Assembly: GCA_964467475.1 (NCBI GenBank)
Contig: CAYXQO010000005.1
Coordinates: 8,894-72,893 of the forward strand
Direction: 5' to 3'
DNA: 64,000 nt
Origin: an uncultured Syntrophomonadaceae bacterium
GTDB taxonomy: Bacteria; Bacillota; Dethiobacteria; DTU022
Both the position numbers and the translations under genes were made by a program. This document shows positions 1 to 10,649 of this stretch, piece by piece (positions within the stretch are counted from its first letter, which is position 1; the number at the start of each line of letters is the position of its first letter). The notes under the pieces are model-generated. The model was not told where the DNA came from, did not search any database, and saw nothing but the letters and a program-made list of their open reading frames with translations.

Positions 1-325
1 GTAATTTTGGGCGGTCACTCCCTGGTTTCAGGCAGCCTGTGGGCACTTACCTGCGAACTTGCCCCGGATTCTTGATTTTTCTTCCCAGTGCTTGTTTGAG
101 CAGATATAACTGTGATAAAATTTAAAAAGCCTTAGAAGAAGTAAACATAAATTGCTACAGGCCGTGTCCTGCTCGTCTGCCAGCGGGCAGCACCTTATGT
201 TGCAGGTTAAACCCTGCAAGCTTAACAAAAAGCTGTTATCCGCGAGGTGAGGCACCAGCCCAAAATGCAGCACGGCCGAGCAGGTACAGCTGAAATAAAA
301 AGAAGAAGGCAAAAGGAGTATTTCA

Positions 326-3300
326 ATGACTGCTTTATTTAAAAAGATATTTGGCGATTCCAACGAAAAAGAGGTAAAGCGCCTGGAAAAACAGTACGTG
401 GGAAAGGTAAATGAGCTGGAACCCTGGGCCAGTGCGCTGGCCGATGAACAATTCCCGGAAGAGACGGCTAGATTAAAGGAACGGCTGCAGCAGGGTGAAA
501 CAGAAGACGATATTTTACCGGAAGCTTTCGCCCTGGCCCGCGAAGCCGCCAGGCGCACCACCGGGATGCGACCTTTCGACGTGCAGGTTCTTGGTGCCGT
601 GGTCCTGCACCAGGGACGCATTGGCGAGATGAAAACCGGCGAAGGGAAAACCCTGGTTGCCGTATTGCCGGCCTACTTAAATGCCCTTTCCGGTGAAGGG
701 GTGCACATTGTTACCGTCAACGACTACCTGGCCTGGCGTGACCGCTACTGGATGGGGCCGGCATACGAGATGCTCGGCCTTTCTGTGGGCCTGATTGTCG
801 CAGGGCTTGAGTCAGAGCGGCGCCGGGAAGAATACCGGGCCGATGTGGTCTATGCCACCAACAACGAACTGGGTTTTGACTACCTGCGCGACAACATGGT
901 TATCTACAAAGACCAGATGGTCCAGCGGGGGCACCACTACGCGATTATCGACGAAGTGGATAGCATTCTGATCGATGAAGCGAGAACGCCTTTGATCATC
1001 AGCAGCCGGGTGGAAACTACCGAGGATTACGGCCGCTGGAAAGACGAGGTGGAACACCTGATCCGTCGCCAGGGCCGCCTGGTGAGCGATCTTTTGAACG
1101 AGGCACGCCGGGATCTTGATGCCGGCAATGAAGATGAAGCCGGGGAAAAGCTTCTGCTGGCCAGGCGCGGTTCGCCCAAGAATAAGAAGCTGATGAAAAT
1201 GCTTAAAGAACCGGGCGTGGAAAAACTGGTCGAGCGCACCAAGCACAGCCTGATGACCTCTAAAATCACCAGCGGGAACAAGCTTGAACAGCTGGATGAA
1301 GAACTATATTATGTTATCGATGAAGCGACCGGGCTGGCCGATATTAAAGATAAGGGCTACCGTGAACTCGAACGGGTCAACCCGGAACTGACCGACATCC
1401 TCAAGCTGGGTAAAGATGAACCGGAGGAGGAAGAAGTTGAGGCGGCACTGGCCGAAGACGATGAGTTGGCGGAAGACGACGATGCCGCTTTCGAAGAAGC
1501 AGAAGAAGAACTGGCGGATGATGAAACCTCCGGGCAGCACCGCCACTATTTTGACCAGCTGATTAAAGCCTATTCCCTCTTCGAAAGGGATGTTGACTAC
1601 GTTGTTCAGGACGGCAAGGTGGTTATCGTTGACCAGTTTACCGGCCGCCTTATGCCCGGGCGGCGTTACTCCGACGGCCTCCACCAGGCGATCGAGGCCA
1701 AGGAAGGCGTCGAAATCCAGGCTGCCTCGCGCACCGTGGCTTCAATCACCTTCCAGAACTACTTCCGGATGTATGACAAGCTGTCCGGGATGACCGGAAC
1801 GGCTGCCACCGAGGAAGACGAATTCCGTAATATCTACGGCATGGATGTGGTGGTGATCCCGACAAACAAGCCGCTGCAGCGGGAAGAATGGCCTGACTTG
1901 ATCTACAAAACCGAGCAAGCCAAATTTAACGCCGTCGTGGAATCGATTAAAGACTGCCACGAACGCGGTCAACCGGTGCTGGTGGGAACCATTTCGGTGG
2001 ATAAATCGGAGATGCTGAGCAAAATGCTCAAGCAAAAGGGTATTCCCCATGAAGTATTGAACGCGGTCAACCACAACCGCGAGGCCTATATTATCGCCCA
2101 GGCCGGGGGAAAAGGCGCGGTAACCATATCTACCAACATGGCCGGCCGGGGCACTGACATAATTTTAGGCGGTAACCCTGAGTATTTGGTCAAGGAACAG
2201 CTGATCAAAGAATTTGGGGCCGACTATCACGAACTGGACGACGAACAAAAAGAGCGCTGGGATAAACGCCAGTCCGAATTGATAGACCGCGCGATAGAGG
2301 AGACCAAAAAACAGCGGGAGGAAGTGGTAGCCGCCGGAGGCCTGCATGTTTTGGGGACAGAGCGCCATGAAAGCCGGCGGATCGACAACCAGCTGCGCGG
2401 CCGCTCCGGCAGGCAGGGCGACCCGGGTTCCTCGCAGTTCTTCGTTTCCTTAGAAGACGACCTGATGCGCCTTTTCGGGGGCGAAAACATAGCCAACTTG
2501 ATGGAACGCTTCGGGATCGAAGAAGATACGCCCATCGACCATTCCCTGGTCACCAGGGGTATTGAAAACGCCCAGAAAAAAGTGGAAACCCGCAATTTCC
2601 AGATCAGGCGCAACCTGCTCAACTACGATGATGTGCTCAACGAACAGCGCAAGGTTATCTACGAACAACGCCGCCGGGTCCTGGAAGGCGAGAATATGAA
2701 AGAGCCGATCCAGGAAATGGTTGATGAAATTATCGACCGCATGATCCAGGAATACACCATGGAAAAAGGATTCCTGGACGATGAAGATGCCCGTGCCCTC
2801 CTTGAGCGTGCCGAAAACACCTTTGCGCGCCGGGAAAAGATTAACCTTGAACAGATAGTAGACCGGGACCCGGAGGAAGTGCGGGAAGTGCTGCGCGATG
2901 AAGCGCGAAACTTCTATGAAGAGCGCGAACAGGCCATGACCCCGGAAATAATGCGGGAAGTCGAACGGGTGGTCCTCCTGCGCACGGTAGACCGGCACTG
3001 GATGTACTTCATCGACGTGATGCACGACCTGCGCCGGGATATCCAGACCCAGGCCTTCGGCCAGAGCAACCCCCTGGTTGAATACAGGCGGCAAAGCGCC
3101 GGGATGTTCGAAGATATGATCCAGCAGATCCAAAACGACGTGGTCAGGAATGTCTACCATATCCAGGTTACCGCCACCCCGCGCCGGGAAGCGGTGGCCA
3201 GCGGGATGACCGGCAGGCGGCAGCAAATTCCGGCAGTCGGCGGCGGACGGGCTTCCGCCGAAGGGGCCGGGGGCGGCGGAGGCGCCGCGCAGGGCCGGGC

Positions 3301-3418
3301 TGCAACGGCCGAGCAACCCAAAAAAGAGCCGGTTACCGTGGAAAAGAAAGTGGGACGTAACGAGCCCTGCCCCTGTGGCAGCGGTAAAAAATACAAGAAA
3401 TGCTGCGGCACCGGGTAA
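326..3418 (+). CDS. secA: Preprotein translocase ATPase SecA
   Basis: 1030-aa ORF with DEAD-like motor motifs (GEGKTL, DEVDSILIDEARTPLIIS) and a C-terminal Zn-finger tail CPCGSGKKYKKCCG typical of SecA. Synteny secA-prfB. Confidence 0.97.
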   Translation: MTALFKKIFGDSNEKEVKRLEKQYVGKVNELEPWASALADEQFPEETARLKERLQQGETEDDILPEAFALAREAARRTTGMRPFDVQVLGAVVLHQGRIGEMKTGEGKTLVAVLPAYLNALSGEGVHIVTVNDYLAWRDRYWMGPAYEMLGLSVGLIVAGLESERRREEYRADVVYATNNELGFDYLRDNMVIYKDQMVQRGHHYAIIDEVDSILIDEARTPLIISSRVETTEDYGRWKDEVEHLIRRQGRLVSDLLNEARRDLDAGNEDEAGEKLLLARRGSPKNKKLMKMLKEPGVEKLVERTKHSLMTSKITSGNKLEQLDEELYYVIDEATGLADIKDKGYRELERVNPELTDILKLGKDEPEEEEVEAALAEDDELAEDDDAAFEEAEEELADDETSGQHRHYFDQLIKAYSLFERDVDYVVQDGKVVIVDQFTGRLMPGRRYSDGLHQAIEAKEGVEIQAASRTVASITFQNYFRMYDKLSGMTGTAATEEDEFRNIYGMDVVVIPTNKPLQREEWPDLIYKTEQAKFNAVVESIKDCHERGQPVLVGTISVDKSEMLSKMLKQKGIPHEVLNAVNHNREAYIIAQAGGKGAVTISTNMAGRGTDIILGGNPEYLVKEQLIKEFGADYHELDDEQKERWDKRQSELIDRAIEETKKQREEVVAAGGLHVLGTERHESRRIDNQLRGRSGRQGDPGSSQFFVSLEDDLMRLFGGENIANLMERFGIEEDTPIDHSLVTRGIENAQKKVETRNFQIRRNLLNYDDVLNEQRKVIYEQRRRVLEGENMKEPIQEMVDEIIDRMIQEYTMEKGFLDDEDARALLERAENTFARREKINLEQIVDRDPEEVREVLRDEARNFYEEREQAMTPEIMREVERVVLLRTVDRHWMYFIDVMHDLRRDIQTQAFGQSNPLVEYRRQSAGMFEDMIQQIQNDVVRNVYHIQVTATPRREAVASGMTGRRQQIPAVGGGRASAEGAGGGGGAAQGRAATAEQPKKEPVTVEKKVGRNEPCPCGSGKKYKKCCGTG

Positions 3419-3453
3419 CCATCCAGGCAAGCCGAGGGAAAGCAGTGGAAGCA

Positions 3454-3482
3454 GGAAGCAGAGGGACGGAGGCATTGCTTCC
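3454..3482. repeat. REP-like hairpin (family 2: GGAAGCA-gagGGACGGaggcat-TGCTTCC), directly 3' of secA
   Basis: 7-bp perfect stem around a loop containing GGGACGG. A partial second copy is at 3529-3550 and a full copy at 45807-45835. Confidence 0.6.
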
Positions 3483-3771
3483 TCGAAGCATGGAAGTAAA
3501 CTGCCGAGACCTGAGCCAGGGGAATTAGAGGGACGGAAGTATTGCTTCCCTGCATGGAGGCAGGCCTCTTGAAGCCTAAAGCCTTAGACGCCGGAAACTA
3601 AAAGGAAACCAAAGCGAAACCCTGCAGCTCAAATCGCACGCATTGCCCTTAGATGAGCCGGCACCGGTTTAAAGGCAGCATGAGTTTAGCAGACAGATTT
3701 AGTTTATAAGGGGCTGAACAGCCTCTGAATCATTTCGAATCAGTTACTATGATTGGAAAGCTGGTGATAAG

Positions 3772-4894
3772 ATGTTGAAAGAGTACTTAGATGAACTGAG
3801 CCTGTTAAAAAACAGGTTTGAAGAAATGAGGGCTTCTCTTTGAGTACGACCAGAAGCTAAAGAAACTAAAGGAAGTAGAAGCTAAGGCCAGTGATCCCAC
3901 GTTGTGGGAAGACAGCGGCCGGGCCCAGGAGCATTTAAAGAAGCAGGGTGAGCTTCGCGAGCAAATCCGTCCGCTGGAAGAAGTAGAGAAAAAAATTGAA
4001 GAAGCGGAAGTTTACCTGGAACTGGCCGGCGAGGGTTCCATGAAGGAACAGGAAGCCGTAAAAGAAGCAGCACCGCTTATAAAAGAAGTAAAAAAGCGGC
4101 TTGAACAGATGGAGCTGGAAACCCTGCTCGGGGGTAAGTATGATTATTCTGACGCGATCATGTCCCTTCACCCGGGTGCCGGGGGGCTGGAATCCCAGGA
4201 CTGGGCTGAAATGCTGCTGCGGATGTATAACCGCTGGTGTGAGCAAAAGGGCTGCGCAGTCGAACTGGTGGATTTACTGAGTGACGATGAAGCCGGGATC
4301 AAAAGCGCTACCATCATCGTTCGCGGCCACGCGGCTTACGGTTACCTGCAGGCTGAAAAAGGCGTCCACCGGTTGATCCGTATTTCTCCCTATGATACGT
4401 CTAAGAGGCGCCACACTTCTTTCGCCTCCGTCGATGTAGTCCCGGAAGTGGAGGAAGAAGAATACGCGATTAACAGTGACGACCTGAAAATTGACACCTT
4501 CCGGGCCAGCGGCGCGGGCGGCCAACATGTCAATAAAACTGATTCCGCCGTGCGCATTACCCACCTGCCGACGGGGATCGTGGTGACCTGCCAGAACGAT
4601 CGCTCGCAGCACCTCAACCGCGCGCAGGCCATGCGGGTCCTGCAGGCCAAGCTGGCCGAAGTAGCCCGCCAGGAACAGGCCGATGAAATTGATGCCGAGA
4701 GAGGGCAGCAGCGCGAAATTGCCTGGGGCAGCCAGATCCGGACCTATACTTTCCATCCCTTTACCCTGGTTAAAGATCACCGCACCGGGGTAGAAGTGGG
4801 AAATGTGGACGCGGTGATGAACGGGATGATCGATCCCTTTATCGATGCTTACCTGCGCTGGAAAGCCCGCGGCAAGGTCCCCTTGCAAAAATAG
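3772..4894 (+). CDS. prfB: Peptide chain release factor 2, requires programmed +1 ribosomal frameshift at CTT TGA (3838-3843)
   Basis: Frame 0 reads ATG(3772) [23 protein letters not shown] then TGA. The +1 frame continues [26 protein letters not shown]... into the 330-aa ORF, with the SPYDxxxRRHTSF and [13 protein letters not shown] motifs. SD-like AGGG sits upstream of the shift site. Confidence 0.9.
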
Positions 4895-5005
4895 GGGATT
4901 ACCGGTGCAGGCACGGCTGATGAGCCGGCACCAGTCAGAAATGCAGCAAGGCTGAGTAAATACAACAAAACTGTTCGTGATAAGCAGAAGCAGGAGTCTT
5001 TTAAG

Positions 5006-5884
5006 ATGAAAATTAGAAAGCCGCACATTAAAATAAGCGATGTAAAAATATTTGCAATCGATCTGGCAGGCATCATTTTCGGCACATTTGTTGCGGCCGC
5101 GGGACTGAATATGTTTATGGTGCCGAATAAGCTCGTCCCGGGTGGGGTGAGCGGCCTTGGCGTTTTCATTTATCACTTGATCGGCCTTCCCGTCGGCCTG
5201 ACGATTATTTTGTTAAACATACCCTTATTCATTTGGGGATATTTTACTTTAGGGCGACGCATCATCGTGCAGAGCCTGCTTGGCACGTTTCTTTTTTCTT
5301 TTGCCGTAGATGTTACCGCTCCTTTTTTGCCCCGGGCAACCGATGATTTGCTCCTGGCGGCAGTATACGGAGGGGTTATTGTCGGTGTGGGCGTGGGGCT
5401 GGTTTTTTACTTTCGCAGTTCTACCGGGGGCACCAGCTTATTATCCTTGATCCTGGCCAAAACCTCGGGGTTCAGTCCCGGGCAGGCCATGTTTGGCGGG
5501 GACCTGCTAGTGCTTTCTTTGGCCCTCTTTATTTTCAGCAGCGAAGCAGCCATGTATTCGGCCCTGGCCCTTTTCGTCAGCGTAAAAGTAATCGATGCAA
5601 TCCAGGAAGGCTTTGCCCTGGTCAAGCAGGCGATCATCATCACTTGCTGCGGTGCCGCGATTAATGAACGGTTGCTCTATGAACTCGGGCGTGGGGTAAC
5701 CAGGATCGAAGGCTCCGGTGGCTACACCGGTGAAGGACGCGAAGTGCTGCTTTGCGTGGTCACCCGCCAGCAGGTTTCCAGGTTGAAGTGGATTATCCAC
5801 GAGGTCGATCCTGCTGCTTTCGTGATTATCGGCAACGCCACCGAGGTGCACGGTGAGGGATTCAAAAAAATGCAGCAGCATTAA
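5006..5884 (+). CDS. YitT-family membrane protein (DUF161/UPF0750 with C-terminal DUF2179)
   Basis: 292 aa with multiple TM helices and a GG-rich C-terminal DUF2179-like region. Sequence family recalled from Bacillus YitT/YpjC-like proteins. Confidence 0.75.
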   Translation: MKIRKPHIKISDVKIFAIDLAGIIFGTFVAAAGLNMFMVPNKLVPGGVSGLGVFIYHLIGLPVGLTIILLNIPLFIWGYFTLGRRIIVQSLLGTFLFSFAVDVTAPFLPRATDDLLLAAVYGGVIVGVGVGLVFYFRSSTGGTSLLSLILAKTSGFSPGQAMFGGDLLVLSLALFIFSSEAAMYSALALFVSVKVIDAIQEGFALVKQAIIITCCGAAINERLLYELGRGVTRIEGSGGYTGEGREVLLCVVTRQQVSRLKWIIHEVDPAAFVIIGNATEVHGEGFKKMQQH

Positions 5885-6096
5885 TTCGCCGGGGGTTTTT
5901 AGATTATGGAGGCACCGCTTTAACTGCAATATCTTCAGTCCAAAAGCAGCGCGGTTGGGCAGTAACATGTTTTTAACATTTTGCAAAACAAGTAAACATA
6001 TTTTAATATGATTTGCAGGAATTAACTTATAATTGTCGAAATCTAATGCCAACAGGCAAGATATTATGTTAAGTTTAAGTAGGAAGGTCTGCCTAA

Positions 6097-6786
6097 ATGG
6101 TTGAAGCACAAAATCTGTCGATGAAATATGAAAAGGATAAGAGCCTGGCTTTGGAAAACTTAACCTTTTCGATCGATCGTGGTGAGTTTGTTTTTTTTGT
6201 CGGTTCAAGTGGGGCAGGAAAATCTACCCTGATGAAGCTGATTATCAGGGAGGAAAAACCAAATGGCGGAGTTCTTAAAGTGTTCGGGCGCGATGTAGCC
6301 CGTTTGCCCAAGCACCGGCTGCCTTTTTTACGCCGCAATATAGGCATGGTCTTCCAGGACTTCCGCCTGATGGAAGATCGCTCGGTATATGAAAATGTTG
6401 CTTTTGCTATGACGGTTATTGGCTCTTCCCGCAGGGAAATACGCCGGAGGGTGCCGCACGTGCTGGGGCTGGTCGGGCTTAAGGACAAGGCCAGGGCAAA
6501 GGTGACCGACCTTTCCGGGGGCGAGCAGCAGCGGGTCGGATTGGCCCGGGCTATTGCCAACCGGCCGGCGATGATTATTGCCGATGAACCGACCGGTAAC
6601 CTTGACCCGGGTACCGCCCTTGATATTATGAACCTGCTCCGCAGCATCAATTTACGCGGCACCACGGTTTTGGTCGCAACGCATAACCGGGATATTGTGG
6701 ACCAGTTTAAAAAACGAGTGCTTTACCTGGATGGCGGCAGATTAGTCGGGGATGAGCAGAAAGGGATTTACACGCATGTTCATTAA
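6097..6786 (+). CDS. ftsE: Cell-division ABC ATPase FtsE
   Basis: Walker A GSSGAGKST, ABC signature LSGGEQQR and Walker B IIADEPTGNLD. Overlaps the downstream ftsX. Confidence 0.92.
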   Translation: MVEAQNLSMKYEKDKSLALENLTFSIDRGEFVFFVGSSGAGKSTLMKLIIREEKPNGGVLKVFGRDVARLPKHRLPFLRRNIGMVFQDFRLMEDRSVYENVAFAMTVIGSSRREIRRRVPHVLGLVGLKDKARAKVTDLSGGEQQRVGLARAIANRPAMIIADEPTGNLDPGTALDIMNLLRSINLRGTTVLVATHNRDIVDQFKKRVLYLDGGRLVGDEQKGIYTHVH

Positions 6787-7663
6787 CGGCTTGATCTATA
6801 TACTGGGAGAAACTTTTAAAGGGTTATACCGGAATCGCTGGATGTGTATTACTTCCACCGGTGTGGTCGTGGTGACCCTGTTAATGCTCGGACTGTTTAT
6901 GCTGGTTAATTTGAACCTTAACCATATTACTGAAACAGTCAAAGAAGAAGTAGAAATAGTGGTTTATATCGACGAAGAGGCCGACCGGGAAACCCGGGAA
7001 GAGCTAAGGCGAAAATTGACCGAACACCGGGAAGTAGCGTCGATGGAATATGTGTCCAGCGAAGAACATATGGAACGCCTGAAGCGGCAGCTGGGGGGTA
7101 TGCTTGAAGGATACGATACGGCCCTGGATAATCCGTTGCTGTCTACCTATGAAATTACCACGGTTGAACCGGAAACGGTAGTGCGGCTGGCCAATGAATT
7201 TGAGCAATACGCAGGGGTTTCTGATGTATTTTACGGCCAGGGTTACGTGGAAGATCTTTTTACCGTAACCAGGGTAATCCAGATCATCGGCCTGGCCTTG
7301 ATGGCCGGTTTGTCGGTAACGGCTGTGTTCTTGATTTCCCATACAATTAAATTAACCGTGATGATGCGGAAAAGAGAAATCACAATCATGAAATACGTGG
7401 GGGCAACCAACTGGTTTATCCGCTGGCCTTTTATCCTGGAAGGCTTGTTTATGGGCTTTATTGGGGCGGCAATACCGCTTCTGATGATCTATTATATTTA
7501 TGAACTGGCTATTGAATGGGTTATCGCCAATGATTTAATGTTTTTAAGTTTGTTGCCTGCGGAATGGATCATTACAGAGCTGGCAAAATACCTGGTTCCC
7601 CTGGGGACCGCCCTGGGCATCCTGGGCAGTTCTTTTTCCCTGGGCCGGTTTTTGCGGGTATAG
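6752..7663 (+). CDS. ftsX: Cell-division permease-like protein FtsX (start possibly ATG 6776)
   Basis: 303 aa. N-terminal TM, a large extracellular loop, then three C-terminal TMs. Translationally coupled to ftsE. Confidence 0.85.
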   Translation: MSRKGFTRMFINGLIYILGETFKGLYRNRWMCITSTGVVVVTLLMLGLFMLVNLNLNHITETVKEEVEIVVYIDEEADRETREELRRKLTEHREVASMEYVSSEEHMERLKRQLGGMLEGYDTALDNPLLSTYEITTVEPETVVRLANEFEQYAGVSDVFYGQGYVEDLFTVTRVIQIIGLALMAGLSVTAVFLISHTIKLTVMMRKREITIMKYVGATNWFIRWPFILEGLFMGFIGAAIPLLMIYYIYELAIEWVIANDLMFLSLLPAEWIITELAKYLVPLGTALGILGSSFSLGRFLRV

Positions 7664-7709
7664 AGATAGAAAAATTTAGCTCTGTTTTTTATCAGGGAGG
7701 AAAAGACCA

Positions 7710-8924
7710 ATGTTAACCGGGAAAAGAAATGTCGGACTATTGCTGTTTTTACTGCTGGTTTTGACGGTGGCTTTTTCTCTGCCCGTTTTTGCCGGGCTTA
7801 ATCAAGAAATCGAGGAAAAGCAGGAAGAACTGGAAGAGGTGGAAGATCGCCAGCGCCGGGTGGAAAGCGACCTGGAACAGCGGTTAAACCGGGAAGCGGC
7901 CCTCGAAGATGAGCTGGAGCGGCTGGAAGACCGCCTGGATGAGCTGCGCGCCGAGCAAGCCCAGTTGGAAAGAGAAATCGAGGAAGTAAAAGGAGAAATC
8001 GAGCAGGTTGAGGCCGAACTGGCCGATGCGGAAGCAAGGCTGCGCGAGCAGGAAGAACTGCTCAACCAGCGCCTGCGGGCCATCCAGCAGCACGGGGTGG
8101 TTTCTTACGTGGAAGTATTGTTTGATTCGACCAGCTTTAATGATTTTTTAACCCGCCTTTACAACTTAAGCATAATTGCTTCCAACGACATTCAATTGAT
8201 GGAGGGTATCCAGGAAGAAAAGGAAATTATCCAGGCCTGGAAAGATGAACTGGAGCAGAAAAAGGCTTCCCTTGAAGAAATGCACGAACAGGTTGCCGCC
8301 AACGAGCGGGAAATGCAGCGGGCCAAGGAAGACCGTGAGGCGATCTTGGCCCAGTTGCAGGAAGACATCGAGAGAAACATGCAGGCGATCAAGGACCTTG
8401 AAGAAGAAGCGCAGCGCCTTGATTCTGTAATCCGTGAACTAATTGCGAAAGCCGAAAGCCAGTTTACCGGGGTTGACGGGGAATTAAAATGGCCGATTGA
8501 GCCGCCTACCTGGATCAGCTCCGGCTACGGGTATCGCAGTGACCCCTTTAGCGGAAACCGGGCCTGGCACGGCGGTGTTGATGTGGCCCCGCAGGGCGGT
8601 GAAGCCAACTATATCCTGGCTGCTGCCGAAGGCGAAGTTATCTATTCCGGTTGGAACGGCGGCTACGGTAATTGCATTATGCTCGACCACGGTGCAGGGA
8701 CGGTAACTTTGTATGCGCATATGAGCAGTTTACTTGTGGAAAAAGGAGCAGTAGTCAGCAGGGGAGATCGCATCGGCCGAGCCGGCACGACCGGCTACAG
8801 CACCGGGGTGCACCTGCACTTCGAAGTCAGGGAATATGAAAAAGGACCGGTGAGGAATTATCCCAGCGGTTCTCCGGACCACCGCTACAACCCGATGGAA
8901 TACTTCGGTGAAGTCGGTTTATAA
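7710..8924 (+). CDS. Coiled-coil M23 peptidoglycan DD-metallopeptidase (EnvC/murein hydrolase activator-like)
   Basis: Signal or TM N-terminus, a long E/Q/R-rich coiled coil, and a C-terminal M23 domain (HxGVD, HLHFE). The ftsEX-M23 gene trio. Confidence 0.85.
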   Translation: MLTGKRNVGLLLFLLLVLTVAFSLPVFAGLNQEIEEKQEELEEVEDRQRRVESDLEQRLNREAALEDELERLEDRLDELRAEQAQLEREIEEVKGEIEQVEAELADAEARLREQEELLNQRLRAIQQHGVVSYVEVLFDSTSFNDFLTRLYNLSIIASNDIQLMEGIQEEKEIIQAWKDELEQKKASLEEMHEQVAANEREMQRAKEDREAILAQLQEDIERNMQAIKDLEEEAQRLDSVIRELIAKAESQFTGVDGELKWPIEPPTWISSGYGYRSDPFSGNRAWHGGVDVAPQGGEANYILAAAEGEVIYSGWNGGYGNCIMLDHGAGTVTLYAHMSSLLVEKGAVVSRGDRIGRAGTTGYSTGVHLHFEVREYEKGPVRNYPSGSPDHRYNPMEYFGEVGL

Positions 8925-8973
8925 TTCCAAAATCTCCCTTTCGGGGTACGACCCCCCTGAAAAATTTTCCATC

Positions 8974-9017
8974 AACAAAAAGGCCTTGCGGAAGAAAATC
9001 CGCGGGGTCCTTTTTTC
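8974..9017 (+). terminator. Rho-independent (bidirectional-type) terminator after the M23 peptidase gene
   Basis: AAAAAGG-CCTTGCGG-aagaaaat-CCGCGGGG-TCCTTTTTT: a GC hairpin flanked by an A-tract and a T-tract. Confidence 0.55.
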
Positions 9018-9158
9018 AATTCATTTTCAGCGTCATCATCTGTTCCGGGAATGGATACAGGAAAAAATATTTATGGTATGATAATTCTAAGGTCCGGCAC
9101 GGATCAGGCGGCTTACTTATGGCAAGCGGTAGAGCGGGCCGAAATGGGAGAGGATAGC

Positions 9159-10631
9159 ATGGAACCGGATGTGAGAAAAGCTCTATTTAAAACTTTGCTT
9201 TTGTTTGTCCTGGTCCTTTTAGGGACAAACCTGGCCACTTATTATATTTTCTCAGGCCAGGGGGACCCTGCGGCAGTTGACGAGGACCCGAAAATTATCA
9301 GGTATGAACCCGGAACTGATCCCGGGCCTGCTGAACCAGAAGAGGGCACCGAGATATTTTTTAAAGCCTTAGAGGCAATAACCAACCAGTATTATTATCC
9401 CGTGGATCATGATAAATTAATGGAGGGAGCAGTCCGCGGGATGATCGAGATACTCGATGATCCCCAGGTACGTTTCTACGATCCCGATGAGCTTGAGGAA
9501 TTCAGGCGGGATACCCGGGGTGTTTACGGGGGAATCGGCGTGCGTATTATCGAAGCGGAAGCGGATATTGTCGTTTTCGAGGTTTTTTCCGGCTCCCCTG
9601 CGAAAAGAAAGGGCCTGGCTCCCGGAGACCGCATTCTGGAAGCCGGTGGCGAGAAGCTTACCGGGGAAGGCATTGATTTTGCCGCAGAAATGATGCGCGG
9701 GCCGAGCGATACCAGCGTGGATTTGTTGGTTAAGCGGCCCGGTGCCGAAGACCCGGTAGAAATGACCATTACCAGGGCAGAAATCCAGATTTCCACCGTC
9801 TCCGGTAAAATGCTGGAAGAAGGGCCGGGCTATATCGAAATAAACAGTTTTGACAGCAATACAGCTGATGAATTTATGGAGGAATTTGCTTCCCTGGAGC
9901 AAAAAGGCTTAAGCCGGGGGCTAATCCTTGATTTGCGCAACAATTCCGGTGGCCTGGTCAGCCAGGCGGTAAAAATTGCCGAAGAAATTGTCCCGGCAGG
10001 AGAAATAGTCAGGTTGCTTGGCCAGGATGGAGAGATCCAAACGGTTTACCAGTCCGATGCTGAAAAAAAACCCTATCCGATTGTGGTTTTAATCAATGAA
10101 GAAACGGCCAGTTCCAGCGAACTGCTGGCCGGGGCGATGCAGGACCGCGACGCAGCCCTGCTGGTCGGGAAGCCCACCTATGGTAAAGCCTCGGTGCAGC
10201 AACTTGAGGAACTCCCCGGGGAAAACGCGATCATGATTACCGTAGCCAACTACTATACCCCGGCGGGACGGAATATAGATAAAGAAGGTATCGAACCGGA
10301 CTACGAAGTAAAGATGCCCGAAGTATTAAGATATTACCATTACTTTCACCCCAACCTCCTGGAGCAGGGTGATTACGGTGCGGATGTTGAGATGCTCCAG
10401 GAAATGCTGACCCAGCTGGGTTATCAGATCGAGGTTAACGGCTACTTTGATGAAGAAACTGCTGCCGCCCTGACCAGGTTCCAGGTGGATGCCGGTCTTC
10501 CGGGCAGTGGAACCTTCGACGACGAAACCTGGATTGAAATCCGGGAAGCTTTGGATGTGGCCTCATGGGAGCAGGATGCCCAGCTGAAAAAGGCCCTTGA
10601 ATTGCTTGCTAACCCGCAACTTTGGGACTAG
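9159..10631 (+). CDS. Carboxyl-terminal processing protease (S41, Ctp) with PDZ and C-terminal peptidoglycan-binding repeats
   Basis: S41 catalytic region (GGIGV, PDZ, LINEETASSSELLAGA, K-dyad) and PG_binding_1-like repeats at the C-terminus. The ORF opens at 9051. M at 9159 follows SD GGGAGAGG and precedes the single TM, so it is preferred. Confidence 0.82.
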   Translation: MEPDVRKALFKTLLLFVLVLLGTNLATYYIFSGQGDPAAVDEDPKIIRYEPGTDPGPAEPEEGTEIFFKALEAITNQYYYPVDHDKLMEGAVRGMIEILDDPQVRFYDPDELEEFRRDTRGVYGGIGVRIIEAEADIVVFEVFSGSPAKRKGLAPGDRILEAGGEKLTGEGIDFAAEMMRGPSDTSVDLLVKRPGAEDPVEMTITRAEIQISTVSGKMLEEGPGYIEINSFDSNTADEFMEEFASLEQKGLSRGLILDLRNNSGGLVSQAVKIAEEIVPAGEIVRLLGQDGEIQTVYQSDAEKKPYPIVVLINEETASSSELLAGAMQDRDAALLVGKPTYGKASVQQLEELPGENAIMITVANYYTPAGRNIDKEGIEPDYEVKMPEVLRYYHYFHPNLLEQGDYGADVEMLQEMLTQLGYQIEVNGYFDEETAAALTRFQVDAGLPGSGTFDDETWIEIREALDVASWEQDAQLKKALELLANPQLWD

Positions 10632-10649
10632 AGTGGAGGATAAGCTTTA

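Noticed and set aside
28-621. 197-aa minus-strand ORF overlapping the secA start and leader
   Set aside because: Antisense to a well-supported gene and its 5' region, with Ser/Cys/Arg-rich low-complexity composition and no RBS. The same reasoning applies to the many antisense ORFs inside secA, uvrA, tkt, the WD40 gene and others, for example 2450-3475, 9417-9902, 44506-44823, 50029-50301 and 51103-51497.
3230-3330. Gly/Ala-rich low-complexity stretch near the secA 3' end
   Set aside because: An in-frame flexible linker preceding the conserved SecA Zn-binding tail. Not a separate repeat element.
3902-4894. prfB called as a 330-aa ORF starting at 3902
   Set aside because: This is the +1-frame portion of RF2. 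The real start is ATG 3772, with a programmed frameshift at 3840.
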